A stretch of 63,044 nt of DNA, the filler included, from Stramenopiles sp. TOSAG23-2 (taxonomy: Eukaryota), in assembly GCA_900128395.1 (NCBI GenBank). It is 36 parts of 36 records of this genome, joined end to end, with 100 filler letters (N's around TTAATTAATTAA, not from the genome) between each part and the next. Parts side by side here need not be neighbours in the genome. Positions count along the whole stretch, not along the records: positions 10,590 to 12,251 come from LT652527.1; positions 12,352 to 14,013 come from LT652528.1; positions 14,114 to 15,773 come from LT652529.1; positions 15,874 to 17,533 come from LT652530.1; positions 17,634 to 19,292 come from LT652531.1; positions 19,393 to 21,049 come from LT652532.1; positions 21,150 to 22,805 come from LT652533.1; positions 22,906 to 24,561 come from LT652534.1; 28 more parts are not named here. One strand, 5' to 3'. Both the position numbers and the translations under genes were made by a program. Within the stretch, counting starts at the first letter, position 1, and every line of letters starts with the position of its first letter. The notes beneath the pieces are model-generated. The model made no database searches. It saw nothing but the letters and a program-made list of their open reading frames with translations, and was not told the origin of the DNA. Shown here in pieces: positions 11,680 through 24,780 of this stretch.

Positions 11680-12251
11680 ATGGATGGTAATGCGGGACAA
11701 GAGGAGAATGCCAACTCCCTATATCGCGCTTCATCAATAAATGGACGCGGAGATATGGATAATAGTTATGATAATAATAACAAAGTATTAAACGATGCTT
11801 TAGATGATGATAACAATGAAGTAGCTATTGACAATAATAAGGAGAAAGTCAATGATGAAGGTGAAGCAGGGATTGAGCAACAGGAAAAGGAACATAATAA
11901 TATGGAAAGTGAAAGCAAGCTTCCCTCTAATAACGATAGTGATGATGGTGATAATAATAATAACAATAATAGTAACAATAATAGTAGCAAGGAAAACAGT
12001 GATTCTTCGTCGGATAATAACAACAACAGTAACAACAACAACAGTGACAACAATAATCACAATCATAACGATGATCGTAACAATGGTGAAAATTATACTA
12101 ATGATGCTACTGACGATAATAAGAAGCCAGCTAATGGTGAAAACGACGAGAATGGAGAAGCTTTTTTAGAAGATGAAGATGTAGATATGACTGATACTAT
12201 AGACATAAATAATAGGACGTGGAGAGTAAAATTATACCAACTACGTGAAGA
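11680..12251 (+). CDS. Probable PP4 regulatory subunit 3 (SMEK/Psy2) N-terminus with long Asn/Asp-rich extension
   Basis: Ends in WRVKLYQL, like the RVKVY.L start of the SMEK EVH1-like domain; short match only. Confidence 0.6.
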
Positions 12252-12351
12252 NNNNNNNNNNNNNNNNNNNNNNNNNNNNNNNNNNNNNNNNNNNNTTAAT
12301 TAATTAANNNNNNNNNNNNNNNNNNNNNNNNNNNNNNNNNNNNNNNNNNNN

Positions 12352-14013
12352 GGGGAATATCATCAGGGGATCACTGTCCAGAATTTCTCGAGGAACATGT
12401 TGAAGAAATAATACGAATTGCGCATAAAGCCCATGAGGAAGAAGATGAACACGAAGAGGAGTTGTTATATGTTATTTTTGGCATTTATGCTTGTGTTGCA
12501 TGGAGAGGCGGCATAGGTCGTAAATTATTAGAAGCGAAAGATAATTTGTACTATTTGATAGAATTTTTAGTAAACGATAGCTTACGTATGCGTGAAAGAG
12601 CAGCCTGTGCACTTAATTGGATTATTAAACATGCCGATGTTACCGATTTTTTTGATGAATTGTTTGAAAAATTGTTGACTGCATTTGTAAAAAATAAAGA
12701 AGTACCAACGGTATCGAGGCATTTAATAGAAACGTTCATTACATTATCCAACTACTGCGAAATTTTATCAAAGGAAAATATTAAACGCTTTGCATTTTTA
12801 ATTCGCCATCAAAAAAGAAAAGAACTGGAACAATATATTTGTCTATTGTGGAATATAGCAAGGGTACCAAAAAATAAAGAAACAATGGCAAAAGATGACA
12901 CCACAATGAATAACCTGTTACTAGTTGCAAATGTATATTCCAAAGATATAGAAAAAGATGTAGATTTGCTGTATTCGATTATTTGTACGTTTTGGATGAT
13001 CATTGGTAATAACCATGAGCATAATGAATTATGTATTGAGTGTGGATGGGTAAATTTTTTAGCAGCATACATGCATCATTCCATCGACGTCGATGTTGAA
13101 GATCGTCCAAAGTTACTTTCGCGGCTAGCATCTATTAAAGAAAAGAACAAGAAATCTAAAAAAGGTGGTAAAGCAGCCCTTCGGAGATCCAAAACAACGA
13201 GTGATTCGCCGCGTGCCCGTGTACATCTTAAAGAAGATGCCTTGCCTGAATTTAGAAAACCAACATTAGCATCCCATGAAGATGATTTCAACGAGCTCGC
13301 AACATATGATAAACGTTGTGACACTTGGACTGTTGTAATTTGCTGTTTATGGACTTTGATTGACCATGATCATGCTATTGAAATTCTACTTAGAGAAAAG
13401 ATACCAACCGTATTGTTAGCATTAGTAACTGAAGAAAGTTTGCGATTAACGCCTTTACTTCGAATCCGTGCCTCTGGCATTTTATTTAGTATGTCCTTAC
13501 ACAAAAAATTGAGTCAAGAGCGAATAGTTTCCTGGGGATCAAAAATTTTTGTCGATGCTCTATGTACAACACTTTTGCATTTTTCTGATAATGACACGCA
13601 ATGCTACGCAGCAATGTCCATTATTCGACGGGCAAAAGGTTCCCATCGAACTACTTTAGCTAAAATTGGTGCAATTGAAAGATTACTAGATCTTCTTGAT
13701 AATGCTGATCCAGGTAGCACGATAGCAGAGTATACTTCACAAGCTCTTTTAAACCTATCTTCCTTGAAAGAAAATCAATGGATTATTCCTAGAACATTAA
13801 AGGGTAAAGGTTTTAGAATAATTCTACGTTTTGCTACTTATGAAAGAGATCTTGGCGGTGCAGATGTTTATCCGAGTCAAATTTATTGCGCGGGTATTTT
13901 AAGCAATTTGATACTGCATACCAAAAATAGAACTATGATGTACAAAGTTGAGTTAAAACGAAGAACAGATGAACTATATGGGAAATTACAAGTAGACAAA
14001 GATCAAACTAACT
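12352..14013 (+). CDS. Armadillo-repeat protein, internal fragment
   Basis: Long ORF; repeats such as RAACALNWI, LAKIGAIERLLDLL, SQALLNLS, CAGILSNL. Confidence 0.8.
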
Positions 14014-14523
14014 NNNNNNNNNNNNNNNNNNNNNNNNNNNNNNNNNNNNNNNNNNNNTTAATTAATTAANNNNNNNNNNNNNNNNNNNNNNNNNNNNNNN
14101 NNNNNNNNNNNNNTGGAAGCTAGAGTTGTTAGGCAACAACGTCGTGCACAACGAATGTAAATTTTTTTTGTTTATTTTTATACGAGATATATATATATAT
14201 ATACACGCGACGAGACAAAGAGGTGTGTGTATAAAAATAAAATCATATTTTAAATTACAAAAAATACGAGCGTATAATTTAAATAACACGAAGTAAAATT
14301 AATAAAATAATTAATATTTCATATGATATCATGTATATATTCATTTATAAAAATATATTTTTTATTCTCTAATTAATATCATGTACGTATTCTCTAGTTA
14401 TCTACTTCGTACACATCAGGTACGACGTACATATATGATGATATCATTATTACATACTCGCGTATAAAATATACAACGAACTGGTTCGTAATATATATAT
14501 TATACGAAGTACATAATTCCATA

Positions 14524-15773
14524 TCATACATTTTTACGCATGTGAACTTTTTTAAAATAATCCATATCAGCTTCTGTTAAATTGATATGAGTACTATTAT
14601 AATATGGGCCCATAACAGCTTCTGGACTTGACAAATGTTTTAAGCCTAGTACATGGCCAATCTCATGTAAAACAACAGGTAATAAAAAGAATGAATCTGG
14701 ACGACCTTTCATACCTTGCAATACCCATCTTTCCGCCATATCAAGATGAATATGAGTAGCATCTGCATGTGCCAACATACCACCAATTCCATCAAACTTT
14801 TGAATATTTCCTGGATGCATTGAATTATCCATCCAATCAATTTCAACTCCCATTAATGGAGCATTGTCATTATTATTATTATTAGATTCTTCTCCTTTCT
14901 TTTCACCATCATGTTCTTTACCTTCAATTTTACGAAAATCTTTACCAAATCCTGGTAACTCTTCCTTCTTATGCACATGCACGCAAGTTAAACTCAAACC
15001 ATCAATATTCAATGCTGTTATAGCATCACTCCATTTTTTAAAACAATTTTCAATTTCACGAATACATAATGTTCGAGATAAATATCCAGGGGGAGTTCCA
15101 ACCCAATATCTTAATACAATATTTCCTTTCAATTTTACTGAATTTCCACTTTCAGCATCTTCAACTAAATCATTTCGTGGTGCTAATATCTGTTTCTTTG
15201 TTATTGGGCCAGCAATACCATCTACCTCTAATCCATTAAATTCTTGAAAAGCCTTTACAGCTGCTTCTGTTATAGGTCCAAATTCACCATCAAGTTTGCC
15301 TTTGTAATAACCAATAACTTTTAAATATTGCTGCAGATGTAGACTATCAAAATGTGCATCGGCGGTAGCACCTTTTTGCAACATTGCAGCAGGATCTTCA
15401 AAAAATGGGCCTTCGATTGTTGGAAAACTTATTTGTAAATCATCTGTCATAGTGATAGGAAGAACAAATATTTCCGGCTCTGTAGCATTTTCTAAAGTTG
15501 GATCATGTTTTTCACAGATGATTATTAGTTCTGATGTTTCTCTTTTCAATGTGCCATCATATAATGATCCGATTTTGTTCGAAATGTCAACTAATAGTGA
15601 TATTGGTTCACTTTCACGACATGTTGCACATTCACTACCTTTTCCACCAAAAATGGATGCAGTGCCAGCAAAATGTGCATGGGTTTCCAATGCAGTTTCC
15701 AATTCATCAAATGTGTTTGGTGGTTGGAAACTATCAGTATCTCCTTTACGCACAACAAAAACATGTAAGAAAT
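14524..15773 (-). CDS. M10 matrixin metalloprotease with peptidoglycan-binding domain, 5' truncated
   Basis: DGEFGPITEAAVKAFQ..DGIAGPIT; FDG.GG.LAHA; HEIGHVLGLKH; Met-turn AVMGPYY. Confidence 0.9.
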
Positions 15774-15873
15774 NNNNNNNNNNNNNNNNNNNNNNNNNNN
15801 NNNNNNNNNNNNNNNNNTTAATTAATTAANNNNNNNNNNNNNNNNNNNNNNNNNNNNNNNNNNNNNNNNNNNN

Positions 15874-16560
15874 CAACCCATCTGGATTATCATTAATTAT
15901 CGAAATTGCTTTTGGTATTGTACAACAATTTACTATTTGGGTTTTCCTAATAGTGTCAAGTGGATAGGATATTAGTCCAACTACCGTACCTAAAGCGAAT
16001 TTTGACCAACCTGATGTTAAATCAACACTTCCTTTTGCCATATTATGGAAAAAAAGGTATAACCCACGAGAAAAAAATATCCCAAATGCACTAATACCGA
16101 ATCCACTATACATATTGTAATAGGTTGTTGGTTCCGTTACACACTTTGGTGGAAGTGTAGTTGATAGCTGCCATCGCTCCACACCATGTAAAACGGCCAA
16201 GGTTGTTGCACCTGCAAGTCCACCTATTACTATATTCGATAGAAACTTTTTCAGGTTTGAAGCGTCTTTTTCAACTTTAAAGCTTTTTTTAAAGCGATGT
16301 TGGAAAAAAAAATTCAAATACATTGTTGGTATACGACGACAAGCGCATGATATAGCTCCTTTCGTCACAGTAAAATAGCCTTCATCAAAAAGTTGTTGAA
16401 CTATCCCTAGTATAGTACCCGAATATGTTTTCCCATTGTCTGCATCAGTAAACGGATAATTTAAAAGTTGTTTTCTAGTTGAAATAATTGCAAAAGGATA
16501 GGTAAGTATTGTTTTAAATATTGTTACACCTTCCTGTAAGTTGAATATGGTGTCCGGCAT
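15874..16560 (-). CDS. Divergent ADP/ATP-carrier-like SLC25 protein, 3' truncated
   Basis: RIPTMYLNFFF, GGLAGATTL, YSGFGIS..GI..RGLY, SYPLDTIR parallel AAC motifs. Confidence 0.8.
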
Positions 16561-17203
16561 TATTATTTACCACTTTTCACTGCATATATACGACATGCAC
16601 ATGTACCTGTGATAAACAAATATATCATTATGATATGTATGCTAATTTGTTTTTTCTATGCAACCTAACTTAAAGTATTTATAATAGTATACTGTATCAT
16701 ATCTTTTTTATATCTATCTTTTTATTATTTTTTACCCTCCTCGATTCATCGATTCATCGTCGTGTCGCACTGTCTCTCACTTTACCACTGTACCAGGTAT
16801 CTTTTTACTATATTATTTACTCTTCTCTTCTTATATACTGGTGTGTCCATATTATTATTTTTATAACTACTCACTATGGGTTTTAGCTATTATAGATGAT
16901 AAAAATAATTACGAAAAAGCTCAACAACAACAAATTTATAATAATAAAATTAATAAATAATTTCAAAACTTCATAATATAATAATATATCATTACTCACA
17001 CAATATACATATATAGAAGAAACTTTTTATAATATATTATATACGAAAACAAAAATATAGAAAAATACAAAATTAAAAAAAATATGGCTTCATTATTGAA
17101 TTTATTTTCCTCGTCATCGAAGAAAGATGCACCAACCCCATCCCGCAATAACAACAACAATAATAATAATAATAATAGATATAGATATATAGATTTATAA
17201 ATA

Positions 17204-17533
17204 ATGGTTGATTTCATAATAATAGGAAAATATCTTATGTTCATGATTGGTTCATGGCAAATATGTAATTTTTTAGAATATTGTTTGCATTTTCTTGGGC
17301 ATATCAGAATACCAATATTTCCTTTTTCTGAAATTCATAGGATACATATGATACATCATAAAATTCATTATCCATATAATAAATTATTGAGTGAAGATGA
17401 TTACATAGATGGTGGTGGTGCTTTTGCATTTGGTCCGTTGATTATTCTTTTAGCATTGTTTTTTTATTGTATTATTCCTTCATTTAATTTATATTGTATT
17501 TTCATTGTGGAAGCATTTACATTAGTTGGTGCA
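17204..17533 (+). CDS. Fatty acid hydroxylase/sterol desaturase family membrane enzyme, 3' truncated
   Basis: His boxes EYCLHFLGH and HMIHHKIHYP between hydrophobic segments. Confidence 0.75.
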
Positions 17534-17633
17534 NNNNNNNNNNNNNNNNNNNNNNNNNNNNNNNNNNNNNNNNNNNNTTAATTAATTAANNNNNNNNNNN
17601 NNNNNNNNNNNNNNNNNNNNNNNNNNNNNNNNN

Positions 17634-18836
17634 TCTTGCGGTAATATCGTGCTTCTTTAACTCTGCTCTAATTGTTTTATCGGTAGTTGCTAGTAAAATT
17701 GTAGGACCAGTTCTTAATTCAGTAATAACACTGATGATAATGTCATCATCAATATCATCAGGAAAGGCTTGTTTCTTTGCTGATAATAAACCCTCTGTCA
17801 TTTTTATTAGTGGTACATCAAGTGATATTACCCCGATAAAATTATCGGTATAAGCATCTACTACTGGCATTGAAATGGATATCAAATAATCATCAACAGT
17901 GCCAAAATTAATATAAACATCTGATACGTGTGGAACAATTTCTTCTTTTGACAACCATTTAGTTTGGTCTTTATTTGATTTGCTATCTTTGTAAATTAAA
18001 TATTTTTGGTATGCTCCTTTATACCATGACCGAATTTTAGGAACGTAATTTTCTGTAACCAGTTTCACACTATTTGTATCTCTTAATTCACTACCATCTT
18101 TCTTCATATAATATTGTATTCTTTTGAAGTTTGTTGATTCATCTAGAACGGAAACAAATTTTTCAGATGGATTAGTGCCAATGAAGGTGTCATTATCACT
18201 TCCAAAATATACAATGCGGGCGCCAAACATGTCTGAAGTACGCCCAAATACGATTTCGTCACCAATGTTGAATTTTTTGAAATATTTTGTGTTTGCTTTT
18301 GCCACACCTTCATGTCGTCCTATAGCACTAGCCAATTGTTTTGCAANNNNNNNNNNNNNNNNNNNNNNNNNNNNNNNNNNNNNNNNNNNNTTTGCAAGTA
18401 AAATTTGATTATCGAATATACCTTGAATTTTATATTTAGCAGTACGGCAAGCTGAACCACTTATAGTTTTAAATTGGTCTGCGACTACCTCTTTTGAGGC
18501 GTCATATGCAAGAAATGACGATGTTAATAAAACTAAAATTGTAATTATCGAAAACACAGTTGTGTTGAAATATAATATGTTTGGCATATTATCTAATTCC
18601 TTTTCTATATTTTTATTCACAGTTTTTAGTATATTTTCATCGTTTATTGGTTGGACATACGACTTGTGTTTTATGCCAAATCCATGAAGCGTTTTGTGAA
18701 AGACATCCTGGGAATGAGCCTCGCTATCCCGTCGTTTCTTATTTTTAGGTTTTCTCTTTTGCTTGTTCTCAATATTATAAGAGTTGTTTTTGCTGCTACT
18801 AAGTGCACGCATTGGGTTGTTATGTTGGTTTTCCAT
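17634..18836 (-). CDS. Transmembrane receptor with extracellular dCache domain, 3' truncated, internal gap
   Basis: One TM helix, then YVPKIRSWY, SDVY, ISISMPV, IGVISLDV. Confidence 0.85.
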
Positions 18837-19397
18837 CTTAACTATTAAATTAAATAGTATGTACAAGTTGATGATCGTACGCTTCTATTAGGAGATGTTA
18901 TCACGATATGTATATTGAGAAATATAATAAATATTCTGTATCATCTGTGTGTGTGTGTGTGTGTTTGTTTGTTTGTGTAAAATTAAACAACAATAATAAC
19001 TTAGAACTTTAGACTTTACACAAGACACAAGTTAGTATGTTAGTATTAATTATAATATTATCTGATAATTTATTATTTTATTATTAAGATATTATATATA
19101 ATACTAGTATATATAAATAATCAGAGGAGATATAATAATATTATTATTAGGTTATTTATTATAGGTTATATAGGCACATACATATAATATTAATAGTCAC
19201 TTATTAATACAATAATATTACTACCATTATAATTAATAGCAACCAGGAGGATAGGGGTGGATTTATTTTAATTTGGTTTGAGAACAAAAAAANNNNNNNN
19301 NNNNNNNNNNNNNNNNNNNNNNNNNNNNNNNNNNNNTTAATTAATTAANNNNNNNNNNNNNNNNNNNNNNNNNNNNNNNNNNNNNNNNNNNNCACGC

Positions 19398-19401
<4 letters not shown>

Positions 19402-19440
<39 letters not shown>
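19402..19440. repeat. (GA)n microsatellite
   Basis: Perfect GA run near contig start. Confidence 0.95.
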
Positions 19441-19443
<3 letters not shown>

Positions 19444-20113
19444 CGTTACACAAAGATAAATACCTGTTTTATATGTATAACTATTACGTTTCACAATCAA
19501 TATGTGGTGTAAAGTACTTATAATATGAAATATGTTGTGACATATATATATCTGGTGATTGTCTCCCTCTGTCCTCTATCTATATCTGGACTATTTTTTT
19601 TCTTCATTCATCATTATTATTATTTGAATTTTTTCATTATCAATTAATAATATTTGGTGGTCATTATTATTAGAAGCCTATATTCCTCCCTGCTGATTGT
19701 ACCTGTACTGCTGTGTATTATTATATTGTGAATTGTGATGCTATAAGATAGCTTTATTGTAATGCTATTCCCACAATTCTAACAATATAAATATTTTGAA
19801 TTTTTTTTCTATTTTTTTCATTTTATAAAGTCCCTATAATAGCGCCCGTGCGCCCGCTTAATATAGCAGAATCAATGGGACCCAAATTTTATTTCCGAAT
19901 TATTTCATAAAGGATACACAATATAATCTTATTAATATCTATTTGGATACATTTCGGAACATAAGTGCTATTTCTATGCTAAGCCTGCTGGGCCTGCCGA
20001 TTTTTATTAAATTAACAGTACTTGATTATAAAATAAAAATCTTGTAAACGGAAAAAGTAAATAACAAACAATAGAAGATCATACAGTATTTTCATTCAAA
20101 CAGACATGTTATA

Positions 20114-20761
20114 ATGGTTGATTTAATTCATACATTATGGGAGCCATCGCTCAAAGATGCAGTAACAACTTTTAAAGACAACTTGCAGGAACAGGACCGA
20201 TTATTATCTCACACAAATAACATTTCCGTAACGAAAGTTCATTTAAAAAATATTTTATGTATATTATTAGGACATTATCGACAGTTAAAAATACCTGGAC
20301 AAATACCGTTTGTAACCCATTTGTTATTTCAAGAGAATATTTGTATATGGAAATCTATATTTTTGAACATAGAGAAAAAAGTATTTAATGAAAATGAAAA
20401 CTCAAATATCAAGGAAGAAATGGAAAATGAAGTTTACGCTATTTGTATTGAAATTATTTTAGGTTTTATTCTTCTCCAACCACAATATTACAGAATAACA
20501 AATCCATATATAGTTTTAAAGTCTTTGTCTAATAAAATTTTACACCAAACAAACATGTTTGACATAGAATCTTTTAAGATAAAGGAATTGGTGAGCGGTT
20601 TTAATCATGCCATACATTTGTCAAAACAAGAAAATGTAGAATGTTTGAAACAAGAAAATGTAATGATTGAAGAAGAAGTAAAATTTGAAAAAATAATCAA
20701 TAACGCAATAAAAAGTTTAAATAATAGTGATAATAGAACTATTTTAGAATCGTTTTGCTAA
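20114..20761 (+). CDS. Hypothetical helical protein
   Basis: 215-codon ATG-to-stop ORF in AT-rich DNA; no recognised motif. Confidence 0.6.
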   Translation: MVDLIHTLWEPSLKDAVTTFKDNLQEQDRLLSHTNNISVTKVHLKNILCILLGHYRQLKIPGQIPFVTHLLFQENICIWKSIFLNIEKKVFNENENSNIKEEMENEVYAICIEIILGFILLQPQYYRITNPYIVLKSLSNKILHQTNMFDIESFKIKELVSGFNHAIHLSKQENVECLKQENVMIEEEVKFEKIINNAIKSLNNSDNRTILESFC

Positions 20762-21482
20762 AAAAGATTTTTTGCACACATATATCATATATATATATTA
20801 TATATTAGTATAGTCAAGAACGCGTGTATCTATGCATGGCGAAACGATATTATTGGTTATATAACATGTATAATACACAACACATATTATAGGATAATAT
20901 TTCTAGTATACAACTATATTTGAGGGGGGAAATACACAATTAAAAAAAATAAAAAATAACATGTATTAATATGATGGGAATGTGTGAAAATGTCTGAAAT
21001 GAAATTGTTTTTGTGATGGATTACTTAAATAGATGTATACCTTCACCAANNNNNNNNNNNNNNNNNNNNNNNNNNNNNNNNNNNNNNNNNNNNTTAATTA
21101 ATTAANNNNNNNNNNNNNNNNNNNNNNNNNNNNNNNNNNNNNNNNNNNNTTACATGAGACGGTGTCAATTTGTGATGTGTGGAGTGGTAAAAAGAGAGAG
21201 ATATCGTAAAATGTATATTGTATTAAACACACTATATTTTGTATAAATTATGGATACGCATGTATACAAACGTTCTCACATTTCACACAAATAATTTATA
21301 AGTCTCTACTCTCTCGTCTCTGCTTATACATGTGCACATGATAAATATTGTTGTCATTGTATAATTGTTTGTTTTTCTGAAACACCACCCATTTTTCTCT
21401 TCTTTTTTTTATTTTTTAACCGTGGATGTTTATCTTTTAATCTCGTCTCTGCTTATACATGTGCACATGATAAATATTGTTG

Positions 21483-22262
21483 TCATTGTATAATTGTTTG
21501 TTTTTCTGAAACACCACCCATTTTTCTCTTCTTTTTTTTATTTTTTAACCGTGGATGTTTATCTTTTAATAAACGTGTATCCTTACGTACTACAACAGTT
21601 AAACGACAATTAGCACGTCTTTCAATAGCTACTTTACCCCTACCTTTAAATTTGATAAGCTTCTTATATGTTCCTTTACCAACGTATGCACCAGAGACAT
21701 ATAATTCTTCTGGTTTCAAATCATGTAAAATACTACATAAATTAACAGCATTATTGATCGCCCGATGAACTGGTCTAGCACGTCTTTTTTGTAAAAATTC
21801 TAATTGTGTCAATGCTTCATCCACTTTCATCCCAACAACCATTTTCGATACCATGTTCATTTTATACACACTACCAGGCAAACGCCTTTTAACAACTCTT
21901 GCACCTGGCTGTCCTGTATATCCAAATAAATCATCTTCTGCATTAATACGTGAAGGTAAATTTCGACCAGGACCAAAGTTACGCTTAGAAAAATATGAAA
22001 AGGTATTGTTGCTATTTAACTCATTATTATTTTTGTTATTATTATTATATCCATTTCTTGTTGTTGATTTTATTACATTATTCTTGTTATTATTATCAAA
22101 CGGCTTGAGCGGTTTTTGCAATATAGATACTGTTGAAATTGAACGTCGACCAAAATTATTTATAATACAGTTTGTTACAGCGATAGTTGGTTTCGTGGTA
22201 TTATTTACTTTCAAAAATGTAGTTTTGGTTATAGATTTACTTGCTTTCAATATTGTAAACAT
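21483..22262 (-). CDS. MRPL22: Mitochondrial ribosomal protein uL22 with long presequence
   Basis: SVYKM..V.GMKVDEALTQL..AINNA..LYVSGAYVGKG..KGRGK..CRLTVVV; basic S/T-rich N-terminus lacking acidic residues. Confidence 0.92.
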   Translation of the reverse strand: MFTILKASKSITKTTFLKVNNTTKPTIAVTNCIINNFGRRSISTVSILQKPLKPFDNNNKNNVIKSTTRNGYNNNNKNNNELNSNNTFSYFSKRNFGPGRNLPSRINAEDDLFGYTGQPGARVVKRRLPGSVYKMNMVSKMVVGMKVDEALTQLEFLQKRRARPVHRAINNAVNLCSILHDLKPEELYVSGAYVGKGTYKKLIKFKGRGKVAIERRANCRLTVVVRKDTRLLKDKHPRLKNKKKKRKMGGVSEKQTIIQ

Positions 22263-23697
22263 TCTTCTTTTTAATTGTCAATTTTTGAATAATAAAAATT
22301 ATAATTAATCGTTTGAACGTCCAGTTCTTTCTATAATTAAAAAAAACAACAAATATTCTTTTTCTTTTTTACCAATAAAATAAATGATACGTATAATTTG
22401 TTGTACAAGGCAATAATCGTTTGAACGTCCAGTTCTTTCTATAATTAAAAAAAACAACAAATATTCTTTTTCTTTTTTACCAATAAAATAAATGATACGT
22501 ATAATTTGTTGTACAAGGCAATACAATTTGTATGTTTAAAATTATGATTGTATCTGTATGTACTCCATACACATCCACACGGACACTCTCTATTCTTTTC
22601 TATAATTCTATTTTGTTATTTGTCCAGTCATTCATTTTCCCATAATACCCGAGGAGGAAGATAGGGATCAATATACGTGACTTTTTTTTCCCTCAGTATT
22701 TTTATTGATTTCTATAGTTTAAAATTATATTCAATTTATATATAAAACATTTATAATAAATATATATATAATCGGAAATTTGTAAAAAATATAGTACAAA
22801 TTGGANNNNNNNNNNNNNNNNNNNNNNNNNNNNNNNNNNNNNNNNNNNNTTAATTAATTAANNNNNNNNNNNNNNNNNNNNNNNNNNNNNNNNNNNNNNN
22901 NNNNNGATTGGTCCAAAGACTATCTGGCATCACACCAATCCGATGAAAATGAGATACGATATCGATATACGTTTTGATGCCGGATTCGTCGTCGTGGTGG
23001 TGGTAGTCGTCGTCGGTGTCGTCATCTTTTTACTCTCCCTCTTTACTACCTCTCCCTTCGTTGCAAGTAAGTACACCTCTATATCCAATATATCTCGTTG
23101 TTCAATTTCTCTATTTCTCTCTGTTCAATGTATATTCTGTTTTGTTTTCATTTTAACTAAGAATGTGTGTACATCGTAACAAAAATTAATTTTTTCATAT
23201 TCATTTTTTTACTTATAGTGCTATACTTTTTCAATTCTCCTCGAAATAATTCGCTGCTATAGCTATACTATTTCAACTATAGAGAGAATGATGAAAAAAT
23301 GAAAATCAGCTTAAGCTGATGTTTCTAATACGAGGCGTAGTATCCTATGTGGTAAGAAAACATTAGTAAAATACTCATTAAAGTACAGGAAACGCCGCTA
23401 TCAAAAACAAAACCCTAACCCCAAACCCTCACAAGGAGCGAGATTATTTTTCTATTTCTTCCTTCCGTTAAAATACACACACATTTATGCTTATGCTTAT
23501 ATTTCATTTATGATGCCCAATAAAAATATAAATAATATATATATATTAAAAAAAAGAAATGGTAGTAGTAATTAGTGCATATGATTTCAATGTATTGCAT
23601 ATATATATATATTTAAGTAGACGAATATTCATTGTATATATATACATGTTAATCAATAAGTGTATTGTATAAAAGTAGATTTAAATCTTGCCAATAG

Positions 23698-24243
23698 TTA
23701 GAAGATTTAGATCGAGAGGATGAAGAAGAAGAGGCAGAACGGGAGGGACGTTTGACAGAAAAAGAAGTTGAAAATTATGAAAATGAAACGGAAGAAGCCG
23801 TAGAAGAGGAACAAAAATTCGTTCGTTATGAACGTATGTCTTGGTCAGAACTGAAGAAAGATTGCAAATTAACGGTTACAGAAGAATATATTCAAGAACA
23901 ATTAGATGAAGTTAGAGAAAAAATAGAAGAAGAATTTGCAGTGATGAGACGTGTTATGAAACGTTGGCTTGGTGCAGCAAAAAAAGAAGTATTTAGAAAA
24001 TGGAAGCATGCATCCAAAGGACGCCGAGCTCGCAGAATTGCAAATGCGAAACGCAAAGAGAAGGAAGATAAATTGAAAAAAGAAGCTGCAGAGGCACAAG
24101 TTTATTTACAAGAATTAGAAGCTGCTAAATGGGTTGAACATTTTGATGAATATACCGATCGTATTTATTTTGAACATAGCGAGACTGGTGAAATAGCATG
24201 GGATGAGAAACCGAAAGATAGAGGATTTGTGTTGAGAAAATGA
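23698..24243 (+). CDS. Coiled-coil protein with C-terminal WW domain (probably a last exon)
   Basis: WVEHFDEYTDRIYFEHSETGEIAWDEKP; frame opens after AATAG (possible acceptor) with no early ATG. Confidence 0.75.
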   Translation, partial: LEDLDREDEEEEAEREGRLTEKEVENYENETEEAVEEEQKFVRYERMSWSELKKDCKLTVTEEYIQEQLDEVREKIEEEFAVMRRVMKRWLGAAKKEVFRKWKHASKGRRARRIANAKRKEKEDKLKKEAAEAQVYLQELEAAKWVEHFDEYTDRIYFEHSETGEIAWDEKPKDRGFVLRK

Positions 24244-24780
24244 AGAGAGAGAGAGAGAGAGAGGGTACGTGGGTAATTAAATGTGATATTGTTGAGGGTG
24301 CTAATGTGGTGTACGGTTCGTAAATAAAAAAAAGTACGACAGTTCGTATTTCGTTAACGTAAATATTAAATTTATTTTTTAAATTTATTTTTTACGAAAA
24401 AATAATTTTACGAAGTACGACACGCGTAATAATTTTATAAAGGAAAAATTTCCATAAAAGTAAACACACGCGCACATACACATACTTTTTCCTTTTTCTA
24501 ACATATACATTTTACTGTCAACCAAACAAATAACTATCCAAGCTTTCACCACCATTTAATTNNNNNNNNNNNNNNNNNNNNNNNNNNNNNNNNNNNNNNN
24601 NNNNNTTAATTAATTAANNNNNNNNNNNNNNNNNNNNNNNNNNNNNNNNNNNNNNNNNNNNTATTAATATTAAGGTTTTTACCAAAATCGTTCGGATCTT
24701 ATCGCCGGTGGGTCATTATGATATAATATATTAATGCGTAAATTAAATTATGTATATCATATAATATTTTATATTTTACG

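Noticed and set aside
11766-12169. Poly-Leu, poly-Ile and poly-Val 'membrane' ORFs (also at 10207, 24734, 39078)
   Set aside because: Antisense or shifted-frame shadows of AAT/GAT-rich coding sequence
23411-23429. CCCTAA-like telomeric words (also TTAGG at ~38830-38846)
   Set aside because: Only two or three degenerate units, internal to contigs
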